Shown here one piece after another: positions 50,049-64,000 of a DNA stretch of 64,000 nt. Position numbers and translations under genes: made by a program. Source of the DNA: Octopus sinensis. Its lineage: Eukaryota. Location: the NCBI RefSeq assembly GCF_006345805.1, contig NC_043001.1, positions 7,130,001-7,194,000 of the forward strand. Reading direction: 5' to 3'. The notes beneath the pieces were generated by a model. The model saw only the letters and a list, made by a program, of their open reading frames with translations, ran no database searches and was not told the DNA's origin. Every line of letters starts with the position of its first letter. Position 1 is the stretch's first letter.

Positions 50049-50299
50049 TATAGAGCAAGGTCACATTTTCTGGAACATAATTAATGAACTGTAGGATTAA
50101 CTTCAGGTCATGTATACTCTTTCAAGAATTTTGCCTCCATGTATCTGTATTTGCTTACTTTATAACTGCTGACAATTTTGAACATGCTTTGCCCCATGTT
50201 CCAGGTAACAACTGGCTTGAATATGTGCTTTTGTATTTCAGAATTATTGCCAGTTGTGGGAAGAGAAAGGGCAAAAAAAAAAAACAGTCCCGAAGTATT

Positions 50300-50730
50300 C
50301 TATTATTTTTCAGGAGTTACACATTACCTAGGCAGCGAAACATGATCCAAATCCCAGAATTTGAAAAAAATATTAGCTAACTTTCGTATGGAATTTTGCT
50401 GAGAAAGAGAAAACCTGAAAATCCCATATATTGTGTTGAACGAATTCGGAAACATTGAGACAATAACAGTTTCAAATGGTTTCGCAGAAAGGTTCAAGTT
50501 TTGTCTTATTTTTCGTTCGATGGGGTACAACATAAGTAATAAAGTGCATTTCCTGCATATTCATCAGAACTGCTCCCCTGAAAATCCTAAGGCAACACCT
50601 GATGAGGAAGGGGACTGATTTTACCAAGTTACCGAAGCAATGGAGTCTAGGTATCAAGGCAAATGGAACGTAGATATGGTGGTTGGCTACTGCTGTTCTC
50701 TGCAACGAGACTGGCGTGATGCAAGCAATA
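50300..50730 (+). mobile_element. Chapaev3-like transposase C-terminal remnant
   Basis: FRSMGYNISNKVHFLHIHQNCSPENPKATPDEEGD*FYQVTEAMESRYQGKWNVDMVVGYCCSLQRD is homologous to the 41.7-41.9 kb motif block. Confidence 0.72.
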
Positions 50731-51630
50731 TTTTCCAAAAATTGTAATTAAACATTTTGTGTAATATATTTGATAATAGATATGTACTGATTAGTTTGTA
50801 TTGGCTGGGTGCATAGTTATTGCATTTTTCTTCAACAAATTCTATTCAACAAAAACAATAACAACATGTAACAAAAGCATCTTTAAATGATTATTCCGGG
50901 AGCATATTCACCATCCCCTTCAACTATTGCTTCCCATTTACTTGGCAGACGGTCAGACAGTCATTTAAAGATGTTTTTATTAAATATTGTTATTGTTTTT
51001 ACTGAATAAAATTTGCTGGAAATAAATCGGCAATAATTATGCACCAACCCAATATTAGTTTATATAATTAAATCATTTTATAGCAAAATTAAAAGTTTGA
51101 TGGTAAAAAAAGATTCCTTTTTAGCGAAGTAACTTCATATGATAAAAAATTCGTGAGGGCAATTCTGAACACAGCTCCATCAAATTAGTTGTGGATAATT
51201 TTTAAAAAAGGAAAAAAAAACTAGAAATATTTACTAAAATGATCCCCAGTGATATCAATAAAGTAATGAACGCTAATGACTAGCCCTATTGCTTATAGAC
51301 AAACAATACAGTTGTGCTTCTTGAGTGATTAAGCTGTACAAAATATTCCGACGTGGTAAAATGAGCCAATTTTTGCCTAAACCAAGAGCAAAATCAAACT
51401 CAGCAGACGTTATTATGTTCAGGCTTGTTCTCCTGTGATATTAGTTTGTTTGCATCAAGATGAAATAGGTATGCAGTTATTACATTTATATGTATTGAAA
51501 CACGGTATGGTACAACAGCGAAATATTATAGAAGAAAATATATGTCTCAATATTCACGCCACATTTGTGATACCACAACAATTGCAATGTAGGCCACTAA
51601 TGAGGGCAATCCTTTTATCTATGAAGTTAC

Positions 51631-51676
51631 CTATGGAAGTTAAGATTAGTATCACTAACCAGAGCAAACGCATCAT
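51631..51676 (-). CDS. Candidate first coding exon (signal-peptide-like, phase 1)
   Basis: aagATGATG.. encodes MMRLLWLVILILTSI followed by G|GTAACT. No homology evidence. Confidence 0.25.
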
Positions 51677-53368
51677 CTTCTATCAGAAATCAGTAAATTT
51701 CCCAATGCGAAATATTTCTTCAGTAGTCTATATACTAAATATGATACCCAAATTCTTTAACACTGAATTTTACAGAAACACAGTCTATAAATATTATATG
51801 ACGCCCAGCTGCTCTGTCTCGACCGAGCACTATTAGTAGCTCAACCATAGTACCAGCTGCATTTCCGACTGGTCTCTCTATGTGTAAATACCAGTTCACG
51901 CTCTTATGGCTTCGGAGTTAGTATCCGTTGCTATGGACTATTAATAGTATTACAGAAAGAAACGTAGTCAGTACGCATAAATTCTGTAAGAAGCACAATA
52001 CAAACAGCGTATTCGACATTGTGGCAAACGTTGCGTGGGTGTTAAGTTTCATTTACCCTTTAGAAGCATTTTCCATCCCCACTTTTTCAGATGTTTCCGT
52101 TTCATATATTTTCTTCTGTACTCCACTGTTTCAAAAGTGCGGTTATTGCGATTTGGTAAAGATACGATTTCGGGTATAGTATTCGCGTTTGTTGCGAGAG
52201 TACATGTATCGACGTTTCTATCCTCTTCTAGTGTATGCATCAACAGGCTAGAGAAGTTGAAAAGATATTTCAGAAAGTATGTGTTTACTAACCCTAGCTG
52301 CATACAGTGTCATAACTTTCATACAATCCTGTTCGGGTTCTTATATTACGTTACTTTCCAAAATTTTGTTTCCGACAAAACTGAATCAAGATCATGCTCC
52401 TCAGAACGGTTCACTGCTCCTTTCCATATCTAATCTGCAGATATTGCTTTCCTTGTCAATACACCACTTCTACGGTATTAAGCGTTATATTCCACCATAT
52501 TCCACATTGTTTCTCTGCCGAATCGTACATCCTAAAACGTTACTTACAAATGACTATGTTACACGTTGCTACGTCATCGAACGCATTTTCTACGTAAGCA
52601 AATATCAATGTATTTCGTTTCAGATTCCTTTCCTAGTATATACACGGACAAGTTCCTTACTAATATTGATTTCAGAATTAAAAGTTGGGAAGTTTTGCTT
52701 GTAAGAGACCCTTACCGTACAAAATGTTTTGCTCACAATCTCTGTTGTTCTGTCACGCTTATCCAGATTATGAAACCCTCCCGTAGCGTGAAATAAAATT
52801 TATCGCAATTATACCCTTGCCTAGAAAGGCTATGAAAGTATATCATAGGAATCATAACCATGTTGACCTTGTCAACTACTCGCTTGGAATTGTCATTAAC
52901 ATTCAAATTATTGGGTACAGCATATAAATGATAGGCGCTGTAGTTTCAATATAGTCACAACAGTGATTTGAAGAAAATCATTCGACGCCTTGAGAGAGAA
53001 TGATACGCATGAAGCAAACCTTATAAAATCTTACGCTAATATCTACTGTTCCTACAAAGTAGAACTTGATCACAGTAACCTCCTAGATAATACGAATGCT
53101 TCTTCCAACCGCCTCATCACAGATTCTCTTTACAGGGCATCCTTACGAACTGCTGTCTCCCATTTCCTCTTATAGAGCTTTAATTTAATGTTTCATGTCT
53201 CTATCATATTCATCGAAGCAACTGTATATTCTTTGTCCTCCGCTACAATGTGGTAATTCTAAACTATAAAACATCCCATAAAAAATATATTTGAAGTATA
53301 ACGCCTGTTATTCAGCATAATTGGAGTCTTCTGCACCTTCTATTCTGCGTTAAGGTATATAAATGGAG

Positions 53369-53595
53369 CGGCGAGCTGGCAGAAACGTTAGCACGCCGGA
53401 CGAAATGCATAGCCGTATTTCGTTTGCCTTTACGTTCTGAGTTCAAATTCCGCCGAGGTCGACTTTGCCTTTCATCCTTCCGGGATCGATAAATTAAGTA
53501 CCAGTCACGCACTGGGTCGATGTAATCGACTTGATCCGTTTGTCTGTACTTGTTTGTCCGCTCTATGTTTAGCACATTGTGGGCAGTAAAGAAAT
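53369..53595 (+). mobile_element. tRNA-derived SINE family B (Deu/Nin-like core), with 16 bp TSD
   Basis: Head gagctggcagaaacgttagc / gagttcaaattcc, core gactttgcctttcatccttccgggatcgataaattaagtaccag, TSD aggtatataaatggag at 53353-53368 and 53596-53611. Confidence 0.88.
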
Positions 53596-55489
53596 AGGTA
53601 TATAAATGGAGATGAGTGCGATGTGTTTCTAAATCTCTGCTTTTGTCAGTAGGTTCATTCCTTGAGATGTTTAAAGCTCTCGTAAGTAAACTAATATGCA
53701 TAGCGTCATAGTAATCTTCTTCGTGGTTCATATTAATATATACATATATATTATGGTAAAGTATAACGTACCGTTGTGCAGATTGAAGGCATTGAGAGAA
53801 AATTAGAAGCAGAAGGTAAGGTACTTGATGTGAAATATACCATGCACTATCTGTGGAATGTGTATGGAGTGAATATAAACAATATCAATTTACATGTCGA
53901 AATACAATTTGAGTGGAAAGTACATGGAGCGACAATGGTTAGACTGCATTATTGAAATTTATAAATTTACTACACGTAATGCTACAAGCAGGGAGAAACT
54001 ATTTCCATATGCAATCGTTAGTGTAAGTACTTCGTTTCTTTTTATGCAATCTATAAAGATGAATAGAAGAGATCCACAAATACTTCCAGCCATTTCTTAC
54101 TACCTTCTAATCTCAACGGTATATCAGGAATCCATATATGCTTCATTTTAATATCTTACTTTATAGCAGCAATATTTATATACCTATAAACAATATTCAC
54201 TGCTCCATATATTCATATTAATGTAATTTTAGATATGAACGCTTTATAGATATAGCGAACCTGCTGTATGCAACAGTATTATGTTTTTATTGCCACTTAG
54301 GTGATAAATGCAGGCAACGTTTAAACTTATTTGGTAGAATATATTTGAATAAGTCCTATAATAATGTCATGTCCACATACAAGCATTTGCTTCAATTGAC
54401 TTAACATTATGACATAATTCATGCTGGTCGATGATTATATGCAAATTTTGACGCCTTTGTGGAAGTTGAACAAAAATACTAGCTATACAAATTTGCTTTC
54501 ACAAATTTCATAAAATTTCTTTCCCATCAACAAATTTTAAATTATTCATAGAATAAATGAGTAATAAAATATGAAAAGTCTGAGTAGAGGAGAGAAATAG
54601 TTTCTCTTGTATTAATTTTTGGATCTTTTCATGTTAGCATAATAACGTCCGGTAATAAATATTCATTTCAAACAAGGAATAAGTTTTAGTCATATCTTTG
54701 GTTATTTGCTTTAGTATTCTACAGTTAATTTCCTCCAAGAATAATTGCATGGAATCTAATCAAGCAAATGCCTTAGACCACACGTTATTTCCATTGATAT
54801 CGTCTCTGATAATATATTCATTTACATAAATAAAATGTTCATTTCATGATCGACAATGTGAGTGGAGAAAGACGTTTTCTTTTTAATGAAGGCGTTTTTA
54901 GAATGTAATTATATAAACACAACGTTTATTCAAAATTGTTGCTACCGTTACATACAAAATGACCATATCAAAATTGATACGTGTATGTGATCTGCATAAT
55001 ATTTCGTAAATAATAGTTTATAATAGGAATTGAGGAAAATTAGAGACACGGACTTACTGGTTATAAACAATAAAATAACAGGGAGTAATTCAATGGCCAG
55101 TGCACATGCACAATTTGGTCTTCGTATTTCATGAAATTATTTATGAAACAGAAATAAGTCAGTTGAAGAAAATGAAGAAAAATCATATACAATGTAAATA
55201 TAATTCATACTTACAACATACAGGAAACTCAAAAACATAGAACAGTTTCATCAACCGTATCATTAATGCGTATATTGATTTTAATGAAACATTATACTAA
55301 TGTAATAATAATGTGTGCTAAGTGGCAGAGATTTGCAGACGCATAATATGAATGAGTTAGAAATATAATGAAATTTAAAAAACTTTTCGTTATTAATTAT
55401 CAACGCTATGGCAACTTAGATGCAAAATCTAAAAACTTTCGGCCTTTGTCTTTACGTAGCTATAAAATGTTGATTTTCGTATATATATA

Positions 55490-55577
<88 letters not shown>

Positions 55578-55589
55578 TGTGTGTGTATC

Positions 55590-55962
55590 TTTTACTCTTT
55601 TACTTTTTCAGTCATTTGAAAGTGGACATGCTAGAACACCGCATTTAGTCGAGCAATTCGACCATAGGACTTATTCTTTGTACGCCTAGCACTTATTCTA
55701 TATCGGTTTCTTTTGCCGAACCGCTAAGTTACAGGGACGTGCACACACCAGTATCGATTATCAAACGATGTTTGGTGACAGACATATATATATTCATATA
55801 TACGACGGGCTTCTTTCAGTTTCCGTCTACCAAATCCACTCAGAAGGCTTTGGTCGGCCCGAGGCTATCGCAGAAGACACTTGCCCAAGATGCCACGCAG
55901 TGGGACTGAACCCGGAACCATGTGGTTGTTAAGCAAGCTACTTACCACACAGCCACTCCCAT
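55590..55962 (-). mobile_element. SINE family A, full length
   Basis: Revcomp colinear with 33557. Confidence 0.85.
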
Positions 55963-55965
55963 GCC

Positions 55966-55996
<31 letters not shown>

Positions 55997-56029
55997 CATA
56001 TATATATATAAAGTTGTAATTTACAAAAA

Positions 56030-56225
56030 AGTAAGAAAAATTGTGAAAAGACGAAGAGAGTTGTATAAGTAACTAACCGGTGTTTTAGTTTAACGCTCGT
56101 GAAGGTGAGAAATTCTTTTGCATTTCGAGCTTGCGCTCTTCAACAGAAAGGAACATGAGAAAATAAGCAAAGAGTGGATAAAAAAAGCTTTAGTGGCTAC
56201 CGATCGATCCGATGGCTGGACGGAT
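56030..56225 (-). repeat. Family H copy 5
   Basis: Motif 56150-56115: CTTT CTGTTGA A GAG cgcaag CTC GAAA TGC A AAAG. Confidence 0.75.
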
Positions 56226-57593
56226 TTGGTCAGACAGATGGGCTAGGAAGAAGAGGAGATATTGAAGTAGTGGTGATGCCAAAACAAAGGTGCGCATGCG
56301 TGTGTAAAAAGTTAATTATACTTATGTCTAGCTTTGTGCCTCATATTTTCATATTTTACCACACAACATTTCTGATAGAATTTTTTTATTCATGGGACCA
56401 AAACTATGTAATTCTTCATGCTTTCTTATAATATTGATGCTGAGATGAATATATTCTGCTTTAAAATGAAAAAAAAAAAGCTATTTTGATTTAAACTTGA
56501 TTGGTTACGTTACTTACTCTCCAATAATTTTACTATAAATTTTGAGGTAAACCTTTTTCTCAATTTAGTATTCCATAACGTAGCTCGGTGTCGATCATCT
56601 TAAAAAAGGTTAGCAGTTTTCAGTTTGGATAAAAACTGAATTAGTGTCAGGCTCTGGAATATGCTACGTGTGAGTAAATTTTAGTAGAAAGATAATTATA
56701 TTTCCACTCATGATGTGCGTGTAAGGAATATGACGATGCTATTATAAATATTAAAAAAATATTACCACAAGTTAAACAATTCATAATAGCAATAACCATT
56801 TATTTAAAACGCCTGCATTTATTTCAATGTCATACGATGTTGTTCATTTATTTTGACGTAAGACCTAAACGCTGTAATGCGACCGTATCTGGGGAAATGA
56901 CTTCTAAATTTATAGGAAATCGTAAATACGTGTTTCAGGAAGAATTGATGTTATTTTCTATATGCCTATCAATGCATATATGCACCACATAAACCAAAAT
57001 TATTGTGGTAAATTAGTTTCGATAATGTTAACTGCCAACTAGCAAAACAATTTCACTGACTTCTTCATAGAATTGCTGAGAATCAAATTCGAAAATGATA
57101 TTCTAATTTTTGTATCTCTATAAATATTATATTAATAAAATTCTCACGTGTTTTCTTTCTATAAAGATATTTTTTAAAGTTTATATTTTAATACCGCTCT
57201 TCATAATTGCTAATACTATGCAGAATATATATTTATTATAGATAAAAAAATCAACACAGAGTGAATAGAACGAAAGAGAAGATATATAAAAAGGCGTTTA
57301 CAACTAAAATAAAAAATTATATTTTCCCAAAAAATGATTACAGTATTTTATAGAATATATATTTCTAGTGCAATTTTAGAAAATATATTTGAGTGATCAA
57401 TATTGAAAAGCTTGTTTCGAAACGAATGATCAAGTATAAAGCTGTTTTCACCAGACATGACAGTTATACGTTAAGGTATCCAACTTTTCTAAGACGGAAC
57501 TCGACTGAGGAAGGAAAACCCCGAAAGATCCGTCCTTGTTTTTTTCTTGTCCCTTGTTTGTATCATCTGTCTGAATCTTTGCGTTCTTGCCCC

Positions 57594-57847
<254 letters not shown>

Positions 57848-57964
57848 GGGAGAGATACAGAGATTATATAAATATACGTACATGTATACACACACACACA
57901 TACGTATATTATAAGAATAGGGACGTTAAAACTAAACTTTATTCATTCATGTATGTCTGTGCAC

Positions 57965-58038
<74 letters not shown>

Positions 58039-58154
58039 GTGTGTGTGTGTTTGTGTGTTTGTGTGTGTGTGTATGTAGATGTATTTACATTTATACACAC
58101 ACATAGATATACATACATAAATATATATACATATATGCGTATATATATTATACA

Positions 58155-58487
58155 TTTTTCAGTCATGTGACTGTGGCCATGTCACAGCACCGCCTTTAGT
58201 CGAGCAAATCGACACCGGGATTTATTCTTTGTAAGCCTAGTACTTATTTTTCGGGTTCTTTTGCCGAACCGCTAAGTTACGGTTGTCAAGCGATGTTGGG
58301 GCGGGAGGCAAACACAGACACACACATATATATATACATATATACGACAGGCTTCTTTCAGTTTCCGTCTACGAAATCCACTCACAAGGCTTTGGTCGGC
58401 CCGAGGCTATAGTAGAAGACACTTGCCTGAACCTGGAGCCATGTCATTCTTAAGCACGCTACTTAAAACACACCCACTCCTACGCCT
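58155..58487 (-). mobile_element. SINE family A with small internal deletion
   Basis: Revcomp colinear with 33557. Confidence 0.82.
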
Positions 58488-58488
58488 A

Positions 58489-58537
<49 letters not shown>

Positions 58538-58780
58538 TCTGAAATGAAATTTGAGATAAATAAAATATTACAAAGGACATGGTTTTTCATGTCCAAGAAT
58601 TTTTTACTGAAAAAATATTTTCTTTGAGAGTTTCCACAAAAGAAATTTTAAAGGAAACTGAAATCGGGTTTTTCTAAGAGCTTTGCGTACTTTCGTAGCT
58701 TAGAAATGTTGAATGTTAGTTCATCCATACAAATTATATATCATATATATTACATATAAACTAGCGCATCAGAATTTTAG

Positions 58781-59574
58781 AGGCGCAGTGGCCCAGTGGT
58801 TAGGACAGTGGACTCGCCGTCGTAGGATCGTGGTTTCGCTTCCCAGTCTGGATGTTGTGAGTGTTTATTGTGCGAAAACACCTCATAGCTCCATGAGGCT
58901 CCGGCAGGGAGTGGTGGCGAACTCTGCTGTAATCTTTCACCAAAACTCTCACACTTTCTGCTTCTGCCATGTTCTTCCTGTTTCTTGTCACATTCTGTTT
59001 CACGCTGAATCTCCCCGAGAACTACGCTAGGATCTTTTCGGTTTGAACGGCAGTTTTTAGTATAATTTCTAGGTTAACTAAAAAATGTTAAACTTCCTAT
59101 ACTGGTTGAATGTGTTTATAAAACATCTTTTTCTCTTGGCTTTATTGAGAAAATTCTATAATTTGTAAGATATGTGTTGTCTTTTTTCTTCAATTTCTGC
59201 AATATTAACCAATCAGTGACGTCTATTGAGTTAAAAAGCATTCTGTGACGTATGAATATGTCCCTCATTTAAGAAACAGATTGTGTTTATCTACATTTGT
59301 GAAGAAAAGAAGATACTCTTCCCCCACCGCTAACCCCAACTAACCCTAAACTTAAAAGAGCTTGAAATGCAATAGATCGATTCTAGGGTCATAATTATGG
59401 GTGACAATTTCATATGACACTGCTAGAAAAAAACTGCCGTTCAAACCGAAGAGATCCCTTTCGTTAAGTATACACGTGTGTCTGGAGTACTCATTCTCTT
59501 GCACGTTAATTTCACGAGCAGGCTGTTCCGTTGGTCCGATCAATTAGAACCCTCATCGTCGCAACAACTGAGTA
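58781..59574 (+). mobile_element. SINE family C split by a TIR element (SINE parts 58781-59029 and 59459-59574)
   Basis: Head ggcgcagtggcccagtggttagg..ggtttcgcttccc. The 3' part matches 26375-26480 in revcomp. Confidence 0.8.
59030..59458. mobile_element. Non-autonomous TIR element (unclassified) with internal TAACCC-like repeats
   Basis: ~29 bp TIRs (G)GGATCTCTTCGGTTTGAACGGCAGTTTTT. Second copy at 62565. Confidence 0.85.
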
Positions 59575-60250
59575 ATTTAGCGTTTAAAGATAGCTTACAG
59601 TACTCATTAGAAATCAAATAGAACTATCTTAATTTCATTCCAGAAGCGAGTGGATTAAATAATTGGCGTGTTACGTAAAGTTTCTTCATAAGGACTTCTA
59701 ACGTATTAATATCTGTTACATCATAATTGTAGATACATTACGCAAATTTAGCATTTGTAACTTTATCTATTAAAGGCGATAATACCAATATTAAACCTTG
59801 CTAAGAGATAACATAAATTATATTTATGTGTTTATTTGCTTCGCAATGATAGGTCTTTCCAAATATGGAGACGTCTCAATGTCTCTTTAACTGATAAAGA
59901 AATCATTGTTAGGACCGAATTTCATTAACATTTGGAACATAGTAAAACATCATCGATTCTTCACAGAGTTGAGATATAACTAATTAATTTCTCCAGGGAA
60001 TAATAACCGGAAGAAAACGATATTGATCAGATTTTACGGCGACTGGATTTTATTAATAACGCATTTATAGCACATCTTAAATGATATCATTTTAATTTCA
60101 AAGTTTCGAAATAACAATTAATCCTAGTTATACATGTTGAGTGCAAATCGATTCCAGTCCATACGTTCTAACTCTAGCTTAGATGCAGTAGACATTAACT
60201 TTTCGGCATCTATCTGTCCATATATATATATACATGTATAAATATATATG

Positions 60251-60315
<65 letters not shown>

Positions 60316-60358
60316 ATATATATATACTTAGTGGTCTGTCAATCTATATATTTATTTG

Positions 60359-60400
<42 letters not shown>

Positions 60401-60631
60401 ACTCCCTCTCTCTCTATATATATATACGTATATATATATATAAACTAATAAAAGGGTTCAGCAAAGATTTGCTTCAACATACACCGAAGTTTAGAAATAG
60501 CAGCCACAAATCTTATCCATTTCTTCTACTTTAAAAAGGGTCTCCCAGAGAAACCAAAATGAAGACAATTCACACAAGCAGAGAGGAAAGCAACGAAAAT
60601 CAATATATATATATAGTAAAGCAACGAAAAT

Positions 60632-60675
<44 letters not shown>

Positions 60676-62564
60676 CTATATTTATATATACAGACTATGT
60701 ATGTGTGCTTGTATGTATATATGTGTGTGTATATATATATATAAATATATATATATTGAGAGAGATAGAGAGAAAGAATTACATGCACACACACACACTC
60801 ACACATATGAAATGCTGTTTTATTTCATTTTGTTTTGTAGTTTACGTTAGATTTACAGTTTTCTCTTCTTCGCATTATGCATTTATTAATGTGCGTAATT
60901 AGAAAATAAATAGTTACATTCAATGTGTCCCAGTGTCTGAGAGGATAATTCTAATACCATAAAGTTTCAAATCAATATTCGTAATTCGAATAAATTTGGA
61001 ATTATGCCTGTGTGCCTCTGTACCAAACGTACAACTGCTTCATGTCTAAGCTCATTGAAAAATGTGTGGTTATTGAAATGCGGTTTCCGTCTCATATAAG
61101 TAATATTTCATCGTTTCTTTGAACTTTAAATCGTAACTGTTAGAATAATAGTGTATCATCTCCAAATGGTAGTTACTTTACTTAGAAGCACATTTCACAT
61201 ATAATTTATTAATGACCATAGAATGCCTGACAAATATCACCAGTTGGGTTATTACGAATTCATATATGAATGATAAGTGACCTGACTGGTTTATTTTCTT
61301 ATTTCTTTCAAACTCAGAATTTTAATTACTTTTGGAGATGTTTGAAGGAAAATGCAGGAAAGTACATTTCAATGTTCAAATAATAATCAGCGTAAATTAT
61401 TATTTTCAAATTTAAACCAATATCGATTACATTCACATAAATACAGCCAATACTCTTTTCCTCTGATTTTGTGGCCTTCGACGAATAAGACGTTCAGTAT
61501 CTGCGGACGATGATTAGCATTCCCTGTATTAGTAGGAAAAGAGCTTAAATTGTATGTTTCTTATAAAATTACACGCGCATTTTTTTTTTTACATCAGGAT
61601 TCATTTATATTTTGCGGATCATATATTTTTATTAGCTAAATTACGAACCAACCGGTTAAAGTGACTTATTTTAATAAATGCAGCGCATTGCAAAAATCTA
61701 CCCACTTGTAAATGATTAATGTTACATTAATGTTACTGATTTCACAACAAATTATATGCGTGCATGTACTTAAGAAGGTCCCTGAAAATTGTTACATCGA
61801 ATAAATTACTGGAAGGTGGATTTTTGGTCTGGTATTGGTTGCTCAAAATTATCTCTAGCATTTTATTTTAGCATCGTTACGCATTTTCGATAAATAATCC
61901 GTTGTACTTCAACATTCTATGTTTATACAAATATTACATTTCAGAACTTAAAGTTACATAATGAAATCCCAAAGCACTATGACAGAAAAACGAGTTGCAA
62001 TTAAAGAAAATGCCAAGATCTCAATTATACATGTGTAGCGATGCTGAATAATCGTAATTTCTGATAAGACATTTTCAAATATAATCCATGCAGACTCCGT
62101 AATATAGAAGACTGTTATTTTGAACACATATTTTTGAAAGAACGCCAGCAGGATTCACATGCATTATTACAGTTATATGAATTTCATTTCTGAAGTAAAG
62201 AATAATAATAATTAATTTCTTAATTATCTATGTTCAGTATATATCATCAGAAAGCTTCCTTTCAGAGACGAGAACTGTCAACGATCAACGGAAGTAAACC
62301 TCGGTAGAATTATCTTATGCCGTATGTGAGTGTGTGTGTGTGCGTGTGCGTGTTCATGCGTGCGTGTGTGTGTATGAGTGTGTGCGTTTGTGTATCTGTG
62401 TATGAGGTTGTGATTTGAAACATACGATTGTAGAATAATTTGGGAGAAGACGTGTCATAAAAAATTTTATTTAGTAAGAAAACCCACTAATGTATTTTCA
62501 AACATATTGAAACGAGCTCATTACTAATTATTTCATTCTAATTTTTTTAATATAGAATAGAAAT

Positions 62565-63000
62565 GGGATCTCTTCGGTTTGACCGGCAGTTTTTAAAATA
62601 ATTCCCACGTAATTAAACACTTTTAAACTTCGTATACTGGTAGAATGTGTATATAAAACATCTTTTTCTCTAGGCTTTATTGAGAAAATTCTATAGTTTG
62701 TAAGATATTTGTTGTTTTTCCCTTCAATTTCTGCAATTTCAACCAATCAATGACGTATATTGAGGTGAAAACATTCTGTGCCGTATGAATATGTCCCCCG
62801 TTTAATAAACAGATTGTGTTCATTTACATTTCTGAAGAAAAAAGATACCCTTCCCCCAACCCCTAACCCTAAACCTAACTAACCCTAACTAACACTAACC
62901 CTAAAACAGATTGAAATGCAATAGATCGATACTAGGGTCATAATTATGGGTGACAATTTCATATGACACCGCTAGGAAAAACTGCCGTTCAAACCGAAAA
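62565..63000. mobile_element. Second copy of the TIR element; last ~6 bp of the right TIR missing
   Basis: Colinear with 59030-59458. Confidence 0.85.
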
Positions 63001-64000
63001 TGTGTCTGTCATCTTCTATGGGTTAACGTATATTCGTACGAAATCTGTGTCGGTAATTGTGCTTTTGTATTCGTTTGCAGGTAAATTTCTTTCTGCTGGA
63101 AACAATATTTTTTGTAGGATTGACTATAAGAATTTTAAGCCGCAGATTATGTTCAACTCTTTTGCGAAAGGTAAATAGCTTATCATCATTATATATGCTA
63201 AACTCATTTGGCAGAACAGGTAATGACTAGTACTTGTGTTCGCAACAGTAGAACACATAACTTGAAAATTCTCTTTAAATTTTATGGAATGAATTCGTCA
63301 TTAGAGAAATGTGCGTGATATCGTAATTAAAGATTTTAATCTCGGTGACAGATAGAGAAGTCATACAGCTGATCGTTGATTATTATGTTTCTGTTTTTTT
63401 TTTTACTTTTTCTTTTCGAAACCAGGGAGCAAATAATTATATCCGATTGGGGTCACGAATTATAATTTAATAGATGAATTATGCTCACGAACGGAATACC
63501 AAATAAGCTGTCCATGGCACCATCAATCACGCAGTACGGCAAAGATCTATTTAGCAATATGGACATTATTTTAGGTTTAAATGGAATTCACAAAATAGTT
63601 TGATTGACGTAGTCAGACTAACTAAATCTATCGATAAACTGTGGTTTATTCGAACTGGAATATTCAGAACTACGCAAATGAAGAATCCCAATTTTTGATA
63701 TTCTTCATACGAAAGTGAATTATTGAAATTCTAATGTAGAATATATATCGACAGTTGTTTCAGAGAAATTATAATTGCTCACCATTTCATTTCAAGGATC
63801 AATGTATCTTCATAAATTCACATCTTTTTTAATACCTGAAGAACAGTTTATCAAGTGTCTCCAAAGTATTTTGCTCCTCATTGCGTCCACTGAACAAGAC
63901 ATGGATATATACAAATACATTTTAAAATTGTTAATGCAATATTAAAGGAAACATACTACAAAATTATATGAAATTCTCCTGCCGAAAAAATGTTCACTTA

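Noticed and set aside
51435-52796. Cluster of 60-140 aa ORFs and an apparent CpG enrichment
   Set aside because: No recognisable domains, and the frames are mutually incompatible. A rough count gives CpG near expectation for the local GC content, so no CpG island is claimed.

Overview
Eukaryotic, very AT-rich, repeat-dominated DNA. Its microsatellite density and SINE repertoire suggest an octopus/cephalopod genome (inference). No host gene, rRNA, true tRNA or CRISPR array can be firmly supported, and most ORF-track entries are translated microsatellites. Well-supported content: a young 5'-truncated CR1-clade LINE with an open RT frame, an older CR1 remnant, a full-length defective D,D34D mariner, two Chapaev3-like transposase remnants, an R4/Dong-like 3' end in an (AAT)n tract, a Tc1 fragment, three non-autonomous Helitrons, several MITEs, at least five tRNA-derived SINE families, and local direct and inverted duplications. 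The most interesting signal is repeated hammerhead-ribozyme-like motifs of the minimal Penelope type. They occur in a ~200 bp family (5 copies, fixed non-canonical A6U core), in a composite tRNA-head SINE, and as three isolated motifs, one with a compensatory U3-A8 core. The dominant SINE also shares its 3' stem-loop with the CR1 LINE, with base-pair covariation. A few candidate host exons are listed at low confidence. All alignments and folds were done by eye.
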